A stretch of DNA of 64,000 nucleotides from Bacteroidales bacterium (GCA_017651425.1 JAGCCZ010000031.1:14966-78965), one strand, 5' to 3'. Positions 38,590-49,086 are shown, numbered from the stretch's first letter. Notes: generated by a model not told the origin, from the sequence alone. Numbers and translations: made by a program.

Positions 38590-39366
38590 TCAATACGTTT
38601 CCGTCGTGATCCCTTTGGCCCTGACTTTTTCGGCGATCACCTCGAGTTTCTCCTTGTCGAATTTATGGAGTTGCAGGGCAGGTGTCTCACGGTCGAGGGA
38701 ATATACCATCACTTTGCGGGGGCGGATGTCCACCACACGCTGAAGCCATTGCGAGAAATTGGGATCCTCGCTGTTGTCGAAGGGTACGCCCTCCTTTTCA
38801 CCGCTGAGGAACATGGATTGGATGATGAGGTTGCCGTTAAAGGATTCGAGATGTTCTACAATCTCCTCGATATCAACGGGCACAATGGGTGCGTTGATCG
38901 TATCGAGCATCTCTTGGGTGCCGGCATCAAGCTTCAGCAACGGGTTCTCGATGCGCTGGAGGGCGGCACGCACCTCGGGGCGTGTCAGCTGCGTGGCATT
39001 GGAGAGGCAGGAGATCACGGCATTGGGATAGTATTGGTCGCGCAGGGGAATGAGTCTATCGATGATTTTGTCGAAATGCGGATGAAGGGTGGGCTCCCCG
39101 TTGCCGGAGAAGGTGATGCTGTCAACGGGAACATTGTTGTCCCTGCATCTTATAAGCTTGTATTCAATAGCTTGCAACACTTCCTCCACAGGGTAGTATT
39201 CACGGGCGGTCAAGCTTTTCTCCAAAGTCCATCCGCACTCGCAGTAGAGGCAGTTGAAGGAACAGATCTTGACATCGATTGGCAGAAGGTTGATGCCGAG
39301 AGAATGTCCCAGTCGGCGGCTGTGGATGGGTCCAAAGGCAATGGACTCCCAAAGAAAGGTGGACAT
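38590..39366 (-). CDS. Radical SAM protein, uncharacterised
   Basis: FGPIHSRRLGHSLGIN, CSFNCLYC, SGNGEPTLHP. Confidence 0.88.
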   Translation of the reverse strand: MSTFLWESIAFGPIHSRRLGHSLGINLLPIDVKICSFNCLYCECGWTLEKSLTAREYYPVEEVLQAIEYKLIRCRDNNVPVDSITFSGNGEPTLHPHFDKIIDRLIPLRDQYYPNAVISCLSNATQLTRPEVRAALQRIENPLLKLDAGTQEMLDTINAPIVPVDIEEIVEHLESFNGNLIIQSMFLSGEKEGVPFDNSEDPNFSQWLQRVVDIRPRKVMVYSLDRETPALQLHKFDKEKLEVIAEKVRAKGITTETY

Positions 39367-39377
39367 GTTTTATGGTT

Positions 39378-39872
39378 TTATTGGTTGCTGTATTGGACCA
39401 CTTCGTCGGAAAAAAACTCGATTTGTACGCCGGCCTTGGCGAACATCTCCTCGGATTCGGCGCCGGCGTGGTACTTTTGGGCGCACACCACGCGCGTGAT
39501 GCCGCAGTTGATGATGAGCATGGCGCAGACACGGCAGGGTGTCATCCGGCAGTAGAGGGTGGCGCCGTTGAGGGCGATGCCTAACTTGGCGGCCTGGCAG
39601 ATGGCGTTCTGCTCGGCATGGACGGTGCGCACGCAGTGTTGCGTCACAGTGCCGTCCTCATGAACCGTGCGTTTGAGCTGGTGCCCCACGTCGTCGCAGT
39701 GAGGCAGTCCCTTTGGGGAGCCCACATAGCCGGTGACGAGAATCTGGCGGTCGCGCACGATGACACAGCCGCTACGCCCGCGGTCGCAGGTGGCACGCTT
39801 ACTCACCGTGTCGGCGATTTCCATGAAATACTCATCCCACGAGGGACGCACATATTTTTTTGTCTCTTCCAT
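39378..39872 (-). CDS. dCMP deaminase (ComEB family)
   Basis: RPSWDEYFM, HAEQNA, PCRVC. Confidence 0.92.
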   Translation of the reverse strand: MEETKKYVRPSWDEYFMEIADTVSKRATCDRGRSGCVIVRDRQILVTGYVGSPKGLPHCDDVGHQLKRTVHEDGTVTQHCVRTVHAEQNAICQAAKLGIALNGATLYCRMTPCRVCAMLIINCGITRVVCAQKYHAGAESEEMFAKAGVQIEFFSDEVVQYSNQ

Positions 39873-40006
39873 AGCAGTCGTTTTTGAGGGCGCAAAAATA
39901 CAAAATTAGGGGATATGGTCACAAACCGGGGACATCCTTGGATTCTTAACCTTCATGCCTATTCCCTTTTTTTTGTATTTTTGCCGCCTGTATATAAAAA
40001 CCGCAG

Positions 40007-40921
40007 ATGGGAAAGTTCGAGAAGGTAAAATCGATTTGGAACAAGGTGAAGAGCGAGTGGAAAACCCGCTACCGGCTCGTGTTCTCCAATGAGGACACGC
40101 ACGAGCAGGAGTTCGTCATCCGCCGAATCACCATCCAGCGCATCTTCGTGGTGGCCGTCATCGCCGCGTTTGTCATCATCCTGCTGACCTCACTGCTCAT
40201 TGCCTTCACGCCGCTACGCCTCTACATCCCGGGCTACACCGACCAAAAGGACTACAAGCTTTACAAGCAGACCGCTGCCCGCGTGGATTCGTTGGAGCGA
40301 CTTGTGGAATACAACCAGGCCTTTATCGACAACTTCACCACGATGATCGAGGGCAACGCCCCCACCATGGAGGAGACGAAAGAGAGTGCCGAGAACACGC
40401 CCAACACGCACACCACCATCCGCGACAAAAAGCGCATGGCCGAAGCCGAAGAGATGGAGGAGCAGGCCGACCTCATCCTGGGGCGCATCAGCGAGGACAA
40501 CGCCTCGCAGGGCAACACGCCCGGACTCAGCCAGGCCAAGATCTCGACGCTCTCCATCTATCCGCCCTCCATCGGTGCCGTAACCCGTCCCTTCGATGCC
40601 TCGAAGAACCACTATGGCATCGACATTGCCTCTGCGCGCAACTCCGTGGTCGCCTGCATCGCCGACGGGGTGGTCATCGCCGCCCACTACAGCGCCACCG
40701 ACGGCTATGTCATCATCGTGCAGCACCCCGGCAACCTCATCTCTGTATATAAGCGCAACGCCGCGCTCCTCAAGCAGCCCGGCGCCCGCGTCAAGGCCGG
40801 CGACCCCATCGCCGCCATCGGCAACACCGGCTCCGGCGAAGGCAACACCCCGCACCTCCACTTCGAACTGTGGTACAACGGCTTCCCCATCAACCCACTC
40901 GACTATCTCGTTATTGAATAA
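40007..40921 (+). CDS. M23 family metallopeptidase, membrane-anchored
   Basis: TM followed by TPLRLYIPGY, HYGID, PHLHFELW. Confidence 0.88.
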   Translation: MGKFEKVKSIWNKVKSEWKTRYRLVFSNEDTHEQEFVIRRITIQRIFVVAVIAAFVIILLTSLLIAFTPLRLYIPGYTDQKDYKLYKQTAARVDSLERLVEYNQAFIDNFTTMIEGNAPTMEETKESAENTPNTHTTIRDKKRMAEAEEMEEQADLILGRISEDNASQGNTPGLSQAKISTLSIYPPSIGAVTRPFDASKNHYGIDIASARNSVVACIADGVVIAAHYSATDGYVIIVQHPGNLISVYKRNAALLKQPGARVKAGDPIAAIGNTGSGEGNTPHLHFELWYNGFPINPLDYLVIE

Positions 40922-40923
40922 CA

Positions 40924-41952
40924 ATGGAAAAAATTATCACGATAGACCCTGACATTGTCGTCGCACTCTACGGCCGACAAAATACCAACATTGACCTGTT
41001 GACGCACATCTTCCCCAAACTCAAAATCATCGCGCGGGGCAACGAACTCAAGTGCTCCGGCGAGGACAGCGAGGTGGAACGCTTTGCGGAGCGCATCCAT
41101 CTCCTCGAACAGCACATCGAGGAGTTTGGCAGGCTCACTGAGACTGACATCCTCAACATCACCTCCCAGGAAGACGACAGCTTTTATCGCCTGCGCACTA
41201 CTGGCGACGTGCTCGTCCACGGCCGCGAGGGCAAGGCTGTGCGCGCCATCACACCCAACCAGAAGCGGCTTGTGGAGAGTGCTGACAAGAACGACATGGT
41301 CTTTGTCATCGGCCCCGCCGGCACGGGCAAGACCTACACGGCCGTGGCCCTCGCCGTGCGCGCCCTCAAGAACAAGCATATCCGCCGTATCATCCTCACC
41401 CGCCCCGCCGTCGAGGCCGGCGAGAACCTCGGCTTCCTGCCCGGCGACCTGCGCGACAAGCTCGACCCCTACCTCCAGCCGCTCTATGACGCCCTTTGGG
41501 ACATGATGCCCATGCAGAAGCTCGTTTCCTACATGGAAGACAAGGTCATCGAAATCGCGCCCCTCGCCTTCATGCGCGGACGCACCCTCGACAATGCATA
41601 CGTCATCCTCGACGAGGCTCAAAACGCCACCGCCGCCCAGCTCAAGATGTTCCTCACCCGTATGGGCAAAAATGCCAAGTTCTTCATCACGGGCGACATC
41701 ACCCAGATAGACCTCCCAAAGCACCAACAGTCAGGCCTCCTGCAAGCTAACCGCATTTTGGGCAAGATTCCCGGCATTGACTTCATCTTCATGGACGAGA
41801 AGGACGTGGTGCGCCACCATCTGGTCACCAAAATCATCAAGAGCTACGAAGCCTACGAGAGCGCGCAAGCCCAGAAGGCGCAGGAACGGCGCGAGCAGCG
41901 TGCCGACGGAAACGCAAACCCCAATCCCGCCGACCATGAGCCGGCCCTTTAA
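40924..41952 (+). CDS. phoH: PhoH family ATPase
   Basis: GPAGTGKT, RPAVEAGENLGFLPGD, LAFMRGRT, DEAQN. Confidence 0.93.
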   Translation: MEKIITIDPDIVVALYGRQNTNIDLLTHIFPKLKIIARGNELKCSGEDSEVERFAERIHLLEQHIEEFGRLTETDILNITSQEDDSFYRLRTTGDVLVHGREGKAVRAITPNQKRLVESADKNDMVFVIGPAGTGKTYTAVALAVRALKNKHIRRIILTRPAVEAGENLGFLPGDLRDKLDPYLQPLYDALWDMMPMQKLVSYMEDKVIEIAPLAFMRGRTLDNAYVILDEAQNATAAQLKMFLTRMGKNAKFFITGDITQIDLPKHQQSGLLQANRILGKIPGIDFIFMDEKDVVRHHLVTKIIKSYEAYESAQAQKAQERREQRADGNANPNPADHEPAL

Positions 41953-43024
41953 GATACGGCATCTCCTCATGCCACTCGGGTGGCTCTTCGGACAGCTGGC
42001 GCGACTGCGCCGCCGTCTCTACCGGCGTGGCGTGTTCCGCTCCTACAAGGCCTCCGTCCCCACCATCTGCGTGGGCAACATCGCCATCGGGGGCACGGGC
42101 AAAACCCCGCACGCCAGTTACTTGATCCACTTGCTGGCGCAACAGCGTCATGTGGCCATGCTCAGTCGAGGCTATGGCCGCAAAAGCAAAGGCTTTGTGC
42201 TCGCCAACACAGCGCCCGACGGGACTCTCTCCGCGAAGCTCATCGGCGACGAGCCCCTGCTGCTGCACAAGCGCTTCCCGCAGCTGCCCATCGCCGTGGA
42301 CGGCGACCGCGAGCACGGCATCCGCAAGCTGATAGAGTACGACCCCGGCATCCAAGTGGTCGTGATGGACGATGCCTACCAGCACCTCTCCTTCACCCCC
42401 TCGGTGAAGATGGTGCTCACGGAGTATCACCGCCCCTATTTCCGCGACTACCCGATGCCTGCCGGACGGCTGCGCGAGTTTCCCGATGCCGTGGCCGCCG
42501 CAGATCTGGTGCTCGTCACCAAGACGGACCTCCCCGACGAGCAGGTGGACCGTGACCAGTGGCGCCGCGACCTTGGCCTGCGCGACAGCCAGCCCCTCTT
42601 CTTCACATGCTACCACTACGGCACGCCCGAACCCGTGACAGCTCCCGCCGCCAACATCGACCCTCGCACCGCCGATGTGGTGCTGCTCTCCGGCATCGCA
42701 CGCCCGCAGCCCCTCGAAGAATACCTGCGGCAGCACTACCGCTGCATCCGGCATATCAAATATCCCGACCATCATAACTACAATACACTTGAGATTAAAG
42801 AATTACGAAAAACATTAACCGAGAAGGGATCCGCTTCCAAAGTGCTCTTCACCACCGAGAAAGATTGGATGAGACTGCAGTCCGAAAATCTTCAAAAAGA
42901 TGTATCTTTGCTGCCCGTATTCATCGTCCCCATCGAAGTGGACTTTTTAACGGAAAACGAAAAAATAGAGTTTAACCATATTATCGAAAACTATGTTACA
43001 GGAGACCAAACAACAGATCCTTGA
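41936..43024 (+). CDS. lpxK: Tetraacyldisaccharide 4'-kinase
   Basis: VGNIAIGGTGKTP, LSRGYGR, GDEP, DDAYQH, PAGRLRE, TTEKD; start MSRPF at 41936. Confidence 0.93.
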   Translation: MSRPFKIRHLLMPLGWLFGQLARLRRRLYRRGVFRSYKASVPTICVGNIAIGGTGKTPHASYLIHLLAQQRHVAMLSRGYGRKSKGFVLANTAPDGTLSAKLIGDEPLLLHKRFPQLPIAVDGDREHGIRKLIEYDPGIQVVVMDDAYQHLSFTPSVKMVLTEYHRPYFRDYPMPAGRLREFPDAVAAADLVLVTKTDLPDEQVDRDQWRRDLGLRDSQPLFFTCYHYGTPEPVTAPAANIDPRTADVVLLSGIARPQPLEEYLRQHYRCIRHIKYPDHHNYNTLEIKELRKTLTEKGSASKVLFTTEKDWMRLQSENLQKDVSLLPVFIVPIEVDFLTENEKIEFNHIIENYVTGDQTTDP

Positions 43025-43817
43025 AACCGTTGAATATCTGAACAATCGCAAAACCATCAATCCAAAAGTGGGCATCGTCTTAGGCTCCGGACTCGGTGGA
43101 TTGACCAAGTCATTGGATATCGTGGACGAACTCCCCTACAAGGAGATTCCCAACTTCCCCGTTTCCACGGTGAAAGGGCACAAGGGCACGCTGATTTTCG
43201 GACGGCTGAACGGTGTGGAGGTGGTCGTGCTGAACGGACGTTTCCACTACTATGAAGGCTACCCGATGGAGGTGGTGACCTACCCGCAGCAGGTGTTCTG
43301 TGGCATTGGTGTCAAGACCATCATCCTCTCCAACGCGGCAGGCGGCATGAATCCGACTTTCAAGGTGGGTGACATCATGATCATTCGCGACCACATCAAC
43401 TTCTTCGGCACAAACCCGCTGTTAGGCCCCAATGATGACGAGCTCGGACCCCGCTTCCCGAATATGAATGAGGTCTATTCCAAGCGACTCATCAAGTTGG
43501 CGCACCAGAAGGCCGCCGAAAACAACATCCATTTGCAGGAGGGCGTCTATATGGGTGTCTCGGGTCCCTGTTTTGAAACGCCGGCAGAATATCGGGCCTA
43601 TTGGATTCTCGGTGCCGACGCCGTGGGCATGTCCACCGTTCCCGAGGCCATCGCGGCACACCACCGAGGCATGGAAATCTTCGCCCTTTCGGTCATCACC
43701 GACCTGGGAGTCGTGGGCCAGTTGGCAGAGACCTCTCACGAGGAGGTGCTGGCCGCTGCCAACAGTGCCGAGCCCAAGATGGTGAAGCTGATTTGCGAGA
43801 TGCTGCCGGAAATGTAA
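42993..43817 (+). CDS. punA: Purine-nucleoside phosphorylase
   Basis: LGSGLG, GRFHYYEG, NAAGG, GPCFETPAE, GMSTVPE. Confidence 0.93.
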   Translation: MLQETKQQILETVEYLNNRKTINPKVGIVLGSGLGGLTKSLDIVDELPYKEIPNFPVSTVKGHKGTLIFGRLNGVEVVVLNGRFHYYEGYPMEVVTYPQQVFCGIGVKTIILSNAAGGMNPTFKVGDIMIIRDHINFFGTNPLLGPNDDELGPRFPNMNEVYSKRLIKLAHQKAAENNIHLQEGVYMGVSGPCFETPAEYRAYWILGADAVGMSTVPEAIAAHHRGMEIFALSVITDLGVVGQLAETSHEEVLAAANSAEPKMVKLICEMLPEM

Positions 43818-43825
43818 GGAAACTT

Positions 43826-44245
43826 TTAGGAGTAGATGCGGAGGCGCGCGCCATCGAAGCGGGTGGCGTAGCGGCGGGCCGGATAGATGGCCGGGCCACC
43901 TAACACGTTGCCGTCAAGGATGTTGAAGGTGGAGCCACACAGCGAGTCCACAAGCCGCAAGCCGTCGGGGGCTACCCAAAGCCACGACTCATGATCCTCC
44001 CAGTCGTAAGAACACGCACGGTCATAGGCCATGAAAGTCCATTCGTCAAGACGATAGACCACAATGCCGTTGACACCGCCCGTGAAATACTCGTAACCGC
44101 CGTATGTGTTAAGACGATAGTACATCACATCGTTGGGATAAACGATAAAATCGACCTTCGCATTCGGGATGGTCGGGTGGTTGTACATGTCGCAACAGAC
44201 CAACAAGGGGGCGGCAAGACACAATATGATGAGTAGTTTCCGCAT
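43826..44245 (-). CDS. Rieske-fold-like hypothetical lipoprotein
   Basis: Lipobox LVCC; AYDRACSY...LCGSTFNILDG...GPA; canonical Rieske His ligands absent. Confidence 0.6.
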   Translation of the reverse strand: MRKLLIILCLAAPLLVCCDMYNHPTIPNAKVDFIVYPNDVMYYRLNTYGGYEYFTGGVNGIVVYRLDEWTFMAYDRACSYDWEDHESWLWVAPDGLRLVDSLCGSTFNILDGNVLGGPAIYPARRYATRFDGARLRIYS

Positions 44246-44272
44246 ATACAGTCTTTCAAAAAAATACAATTA

Positions 44273-45061
44273 TCAATAAATGCCAGGGAAAATCTTGTAC
44301 CGTTTCTGGGTGGTGAACTCCTCGCCGAAAAACTGGGTATAGCGTTCGTAAACGGCTTTGGAGCGGGGCACAATATTGGCAAACGTCCAGATGAGGAACA
44401 CCAGTCCGGGCACAGACCACGTGAGGATGGCAAAGCCAAGCCACTCGAGGATCTCGCCGAGGTAGTTGGCGGAGTTAATGCGGCGGAACATCCACCCGTC
44501 GGGCAGATAGTAATTGTTGTCCATGTCGTTCTTGCGCAGCTCGCGAATCACACGGTCGGCATAGATGTTAACCACCATGCCGAAGAGGAAGATGCAGGTG
44601 CCGATGATGAATTGCGGCGACCAGAACCACGAAATGGGATAGGCACTCATGGGCGCGAAAAAGAAGAGCCAGCCGCCCTGCATGATGGCATTGAACGTGT
44701 TGAACGTGAAACCTGTGAGAATGATGGACAGCGGCATCTTGCTCTGCCCGCGCATCAGCAACGGGAAGATGAACGATCGCTGGAAATAGTGAAATTCAAA
44801 GAAGATGAACATCACGAAAGTGACGAGATTGAAGGGCCGGATGTGGTAATAGAGAGAGATGAAGTACAGGATGAACATCGAGAAGAAGACAGGCGCCTCC
44901 ATGATGAACCATCCCAAATTGCTTCGGATCGACGGTCCCCAGCGGTTGTTGAAGGTCATTCCGTATGCCGGAGTGATGAATTGTAAAAGGATGAATACAA
45001 TCACACCCAAAACGGTCATCACAATCAGCATGATGTCATAAATATGGTTGAAAAGTTCCAT
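44273..45061 (-). CDS. 3-oxo-5-alpha-steroid 4-dehydrogenase (steroid 5-alpha-reductase/DUF1295) family
   Basis: PAYG, GWFIMEAP, HYFQRSFIFP, ANYLGEILEWLGFA, KIFPGIY. Confidence 0.88.
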   Translation of the reverse strand: MELFNHIYDIMLIVMTVLGVIVFILLQFITPAYGMTFNNRWGPSIRSNLGWFIMEAPVFFSMFILYFISLYYHIRPFNLVTFVMFIFFEFHYFQRSFIFPLLMRGQSKMPLSIILTGFTFNTFNAIMQGGWLFFFAPMSAYPISWFWSPQFIIGTCIFLFGMVVNIYADRVIRELRKNDMDNNYYLPDGWMFRRINSANYLGEILEWLGFAILTWSVPGLVFLIWTFANIVPRSKAVYERYTQFFGEEFTTQKRYKIFPGIY

Positions 45062-45073
45062 GATGAGGTACGT

Positions 45074-46084
45074 TTAGGAGAATGATTTCCCGTCAAATAT
45101 TTTTTTGCGTTTGAAATAATGCAGGAACACCACCGACTTGGGATAGGTGTCCGTGAATGCGAGCTTAGGCATGGTGTTACGCTTGGCCTTGCACTTCTTG
45201 TAGTTGGAATAGAAGTGGATCATGGCTTTATAGACAGCTATGAAATCCTTGAAATGGCCCTGCAACAGGAAGAAGACGGCGGCCACTTGGTCAAGGAAAA
45301 ACTTGACTGTCAAGGTTTTGGCGATGCGTTCTTCTGGAAGATTCTTGAGCAGGAGATAGAGGTTGTTGCGGAAGTTGAGGTAGGTCTTGAAGGAGTTGTT
45401 CTTGGGGAGGGTGCCGCCGCCAATGTGGTACACGACCGATTGGGGGTTGACCTTTATCTTATAGCCGGCGTTCTTGATGCGCCAGCAGAAGTCGATTTCC
45501 TCCATGTGGGCGAAGAAGTCGGCGTCGAGGCCGCCCATGGCGCGAAAAACGTCGCTGCGCACGAAGAGTGCGGCGCCGCTGGCCCAGAAGATGTCCGCCA
45601 CATCATCGTATTGTCCATGGTCATCCTCCACATGGCTGAAAACACGACCGCGGCAGAAAGGATAGCCGTATTTGTCCACGAAACCGCCGCTTGCGCCCGC
45701 GTACTCGAAATGGTCGCGATGGTAGTAGGAGAGGAGCTTGGGCTGCACCGCCGCGATGCGCTCATCGGCGTCCATCTGCTCGATGATGGGCTCCACCCAG
45801 TGCGGCGTCACCTCGATGTCGGAGTTGAGCAAACAGTAATACTGGGCATCAACATGCTCGAAGGCATGATTGTACCCCCTTGCAAAGCCCTCGTTCTCCG
45901 AGTGTTCCAAAAGACGGACGGACGGATGGTTCTCTCTCAGGAAAGCCACGGACCCGTCGGAGGAGGCATTGTCCGCCACGACAATCTCCGCATAATCGGG
46001 TAGGTATTGTTCCAAAACTGGCAGGAACTGCTCCAAAAAACGCTTTCCGTTCCAGTTGAGAATGACTATCGCTAATTTCGCCAT
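45074..46084 (-). CDS. GT2 glycosyltransferase (WbbL/rhamnosyltransferase-like)
   Basis: VILNWNG, DNASSDGS, LLNSD, FEYAGASGG, FAHMEEIDFCWR. Confidence 0.88.
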   Translation of the reverse strand: MAKLAIVILNWNGKRFLEQFLPVLEQYLPDYAEIVVADNASSDGSVAFLRENHPSVRLLEHSENEGFARGYNHAFEHVDAQYYCLLNSDIEVTPHWVEPIIEQMDADERIAAVQPKLLSYYHRDHFEYAGASGGFVDKYGYPFCRGRVFSHVEDDHGQYDDVADIFWASGAALFVRSDVFRAMGGLDADFFAHMEEIDFCWRIKNAGYKIKVNPQSVVYHIGGGTLPKNNSFKTYLNFRNNLYLLLKNLPEERIAKTLTVKFFLDQVAAVFFLLQGHFKDFIAVYKAMIHFYSNYKKCKAKRNTMPKLAFTDTYPKSVVFLHYFKRKKIFDGKSFS

Positions 46085-46158
46085 CAAGCTCTTTTTTTTG
46101 AATTAAGGCGCAAAAATAGTTTTTTTTTCCAATCAATGAAACTATCAAGAAAAAAATG

Positions 46159-46166
46159 TATTTTTG
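46159..46166 (+). promoter_or_regulatory. -7 promoter element (TATTTTTG) for rpsO-pnp
   Basis: TAnnTTTG match in a divergent AT-rich region. Confidence 0.65.
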
Positions 46167-46213
46167 CCGCCGGAAAAAAATAAGGAAAAAACATTAAAAA
46201 TTAGACGCTTATT

Positions 46214-46483
46214 ATGTATTTAACGACAGAAGTAAAAAAAGAAATTTTCGAGCAGTATGGTAAGAGCGCTACCGACACTGGCTCCCCCGAGGCACAAGTC
46301 GCCCTCTTCACCCACCGTATCAAGCACCTGACCGAGCACGTCAAGGCCAACGGTGGCGACCGCGTGACCAAACGCGCCCTCATCAACCTCGTCGGCAAGA
46401 GAAAAAAAATGCTCGAATACCTCAAGAAACAAGACATCGAGCGCTACAGAGCACTTATTAAGAAGTTAGGTCTCAGAAAGTAA
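46214..46483 (+). CDS. rpsO: 30S ribosomal protein S15
   Basis: DTGSPEAQVALFTHRIKHLTEH...RYRALIKKLGLRK. Confidence 0.97.
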   Translation: MYLTTEVKKEIFEQYGKSATDTGSPEAQVALFTHRIKHLTEHVKANGGDRVTKRALINLVGKRKKMLEYLKKQDIERYRALIKKLGLRK

Positions 46484-46503
46484 TTTTCCGAGTCGTCTTA
46501 TAT

Positions 46504-46535
46504 CAAAAAGGCAATTTTCACAATTGCCTTTTTTG
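46504..46535 (+). terminator. Intrinsic terminator after rpsO
   Basis: AAAAAGGCAATT-ttcac-AATTGCCTTTTTT. Confidence 0.8.
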
Positions 46536-46591
46536 ATTTTGCTTTGTACTCCACTTACCAAGTATCAACATTTATTTAACTCAGAATCACC

Positions 46592-48964
46592 ATGTTAGGA
46601 ATAAACACATCTTTTGATTTGGGTGATGGCCGCATTGTGACTATTGAAACCGGCAAGTTGGCGAAACAGGCCGACGGCGCCGCAGTGGTCAAGATGGGCA
46701 ACACCATGATTCTTGCCACCGTGTGTTGCAAGAAAGAGGCCGTTGAGGGCACCGATTTCATGCCCCTTCAGGTCGAATACCAAGAAAAATACGGCTCCCT
46801 GGGTCGCATCCCGGGTGGCTTTTTCAGACGCGAGGCCCGTCCCTCCGAATATGAAATCCTCATCGCGCGTCTTGTGGACCGCGCCATCCGTCCCCTCTTC
46901 CCGGCAAACTTCCACGCCGAGACGCAAGTCATTGTGACGTTGATCTCCGGCGACAAGAACCAGCTGCCCGACTGTCTGGCATGTCTGGCCGCCTCTTCCG
47001 CCATTGCAGTCTCCAACATCCCCTTCGAGTGCCCCATCTCCGAGGTGCGCGTGGGCCGTGTGGATGGCAACTTCATCGTCAACCCCACTGTGGAGCAGAT
47101 GGAGAATTCCGACATCGACATGATCGTCGCTGCCTCCATGGACAACATCATGATGGTTGAGGGTGAGATGAAGGAGATCTCCGAAGAGGACATGGTCGCC
47201 GCCCTGAACTTCGCCAAGGACGCCATCAAGGTGCAGTGCCAGGCCCAACTCGACCTGGCCGCCAAGGTTCCCACCGCCTTCCCGAAACGCGAGTACTGCC
47301 ACGAAACCGACGACGAAGAGATTCGCGAACGCATCCAAAAGGAGACTTACGACAAGGTCTATGCCGTCGCCAAGTCCTTCAAGGGCAAGCAAGAACGCAA
47401 CGCCGACTTCGACCAGATTTTGGCAGACTTTATGGAAACCATCCCTGAGGAGGAGCGTCCGGAAAAAGAGGTGATGGTGAAGCGCTATTACGACAAAATC
47501 CAGTGGCACGCCATGCGCAATATGATTCTTGACGAACGTATCCGTCTTGACGGCCGTGGCACGGAAGACATCCGTCCCATCTGGATCGAGACCGGCTACC
47601 TGCCCTCCGCCCACGGTTCCGCCATCTTCACCCGTGGCGAAACACAGGCCCTCGCCACTTGCACGCTCGGCACCAAGCTCGACGAGCAGACCATCGACGG
47701 CGCTGTGGTGGAAGGTTCCAGCCGTTTTATGCTGCACTACAACTTCCCGCCCTACAGCGTGGGTGAAGTGAAGCGCATCGGCAGCACCGGCCGCCGCGAA
47801 ATCGGCCACGGCAACCTCGCCAAACGCGCCCTCGCCCCGATGATCCCCTTCGACGATCTCTCTTTCCCCTACACGGTCCGCATCGTCTCCGACATCCTGG
47901 AATCCAACGGCAGCTCCTCCATGGCCACTGTCTGCGCCGGCACCCTCGCCCTGCTCGACTGCGGCGTGAAGATGAAGAAGCCGGTCTCTGGCATCGCCAT
48001 GGGCCTGATTACGGACGAGAACAGCGACAAATACGCTATCCTTTCCGACATTCTCGGTGACGAGGACCACCTCGGCGACATGGACTTCAAGGTCTGTGGT
48101 ACTGAGGACGGCATCACCGCCTGCCAGATGGACATTAAGGTGAAGGGTCTCTCTTCAGAAGTGATGGCCGAGGCATTGGCCCAGGCACACCGCGGCCGTA
48201 TGTTCATCCTCGGCAAAATCAAGGAAGCCATGCCCGCACCGCGCGAGGATTATCGTCCCTTCGTGCCGCGCATCGTCCAGATGCAGATCCCGCGCGAGTT
48301 CATCGGCGCTGTCATCGGACCGGGAGGCAAGGTCATCCAAGAGATGCAACGCGAAACCCACACCACCATCAACATCGAGGAGGTGGGCGAATTCGGTGTC
48401 ATCGACATCGCCGCTCCCAACCTGGACGACATCAACGCTGTCATCGAGCGCATCAACCTCATCACCACCAAACCTGAGGTGGGCGAGATTTACGAAGGCA
48501 CGGTCAAGACCATCACCGCCTTTGGCGCTTTCGTGGAGTTCCTGCCCGGCACCGACGGCCTGCTGCATGTCACGGAGATCGCCTACCGCCACATCGACAA
48601 TGTCGAGGATGTGCTCAAGGTCGGTGACAAGATCAAGGTGAAGCTCATCGAGATTGACGAGAAGACTGGCAAGTTCCGTCTATCCCACAAGGTGCTGCTC
48701 CCGAAGCCGGAGGGCTACACCGAGGCGGAGTCCCGTCCGCGTGGACCTCGCGGCCCGCGCAACGGCGGCGGCAACAACGGTGAGCGCCGCAATGGCGAAC
48801 GCCGCAACGACAACCGCCCCAAGGGTGGCAACAACGAGCGCCGCGACCGTGGCCCGCGCCACAATAACAACAACGAGCGCCGCAACGAACCCCGCCCAAG
48901 CAACAACAACGAGCGTCCCGCTGAGCCCCAGGCCAACGACCTCCCCGACTTCCCGGAATTCTAA
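46592..48964 (+). CDS. pnp: Polyribonucleotide nucleotidyltransferase with long low-complexity C-terminal tail
   Basis: [40 protein letters not shown] and S1 domains. Confidence 0.97.
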   Translation: MLGINTSFDLGDGRIVTIETGKLAKQADGAAVVKMGNTMILATVCCKKEAVEGTDFMPLQVEYQEKYGSLGRIPGGFFRREARPSEYEILIARLVDRAIRPLFPANFHAETQVIVTLISGDKNQLPDCLACLAASSAIAVSNIPFECPISEVRVGRVDGNFIVNPTVEQMENSDIDMIVAASMDNIMMVEGEMKEISEEDMVAALNFAKDAIKVQCQAQLDLAAKVPTAFPKREYCHETDDEEIRERIQKETYDKVYAVAKSFKGKQERNADFDQILADFMETIPEEERPEKEVMVKRYYDKIQWHAMRNMILDERIRLDGRGTEDIRPIWIETGYLPSAHGSAIFTRGETQALATCTLGTKLDEQTIDGAVVEGSSRFMLHYNFPPYSVGEVKRIGSTGRREIGHGNLAKRALAPMIPFDDLSFPYTVRIVSDILESNGSSSMATVCAGTLALLDCGVKMKKPVSGIAMGLITDENSDKYAILSDILGDEDHLGDMDFKVCGTEDGITACQMDIKVKGLSSEVMAEALAQAHRGRMFILGKIKEAMPAPREDYRPFVPRIVQMQIPREFIGAVIGPGGKVIQEMQRETHTTINIEEVGEFGVIDIAAPNLDDINAVIERINLITTKPEVGEIYEGTVKTITAFGAFVEFLPGTDGLLHVTEIAYRHIDNVEDVLKVGDKIKVKLIEIDEKTGKFRLSHKVLLPKPEGYTEAESRPRGPRGPRNGGGNNGERRNGERRNDNRPKGGNNERRDRGPRHNNNNERRNEPRPSNNNERPAEPQANDLPDFPEF

Positions 48965-48983
48965 ATCTATATCTTAATAATGT

Positions 48984-49020
48984 AAGACGGACGGTGTGAA
49001 TGCATCGTCCGTCTTTTTTT
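48984..49020 (+). terminator. Intrinsic terminator after pnp
   Basis: AAGACGGACGGTG/CATCGTCCGTCTT stem and T-tract. Confidence 0.85.
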
Positions 49021-49025
49021 GCAAC

Positions 49026-49055
49026 AAAAAAACGGGCGCGAAATTCGCACCCGTT
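49026..49055 (-). terminator. Intrinsic terminator after ferredoxin
   Basis: A-tract and AACGGGCGCGA/TCGCACCCGTT stem. Confidence 0.7.
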
Positions 49056-49086
49056 ATCTTTTTTTTTCTGGATCCTCTCGTTCCGA

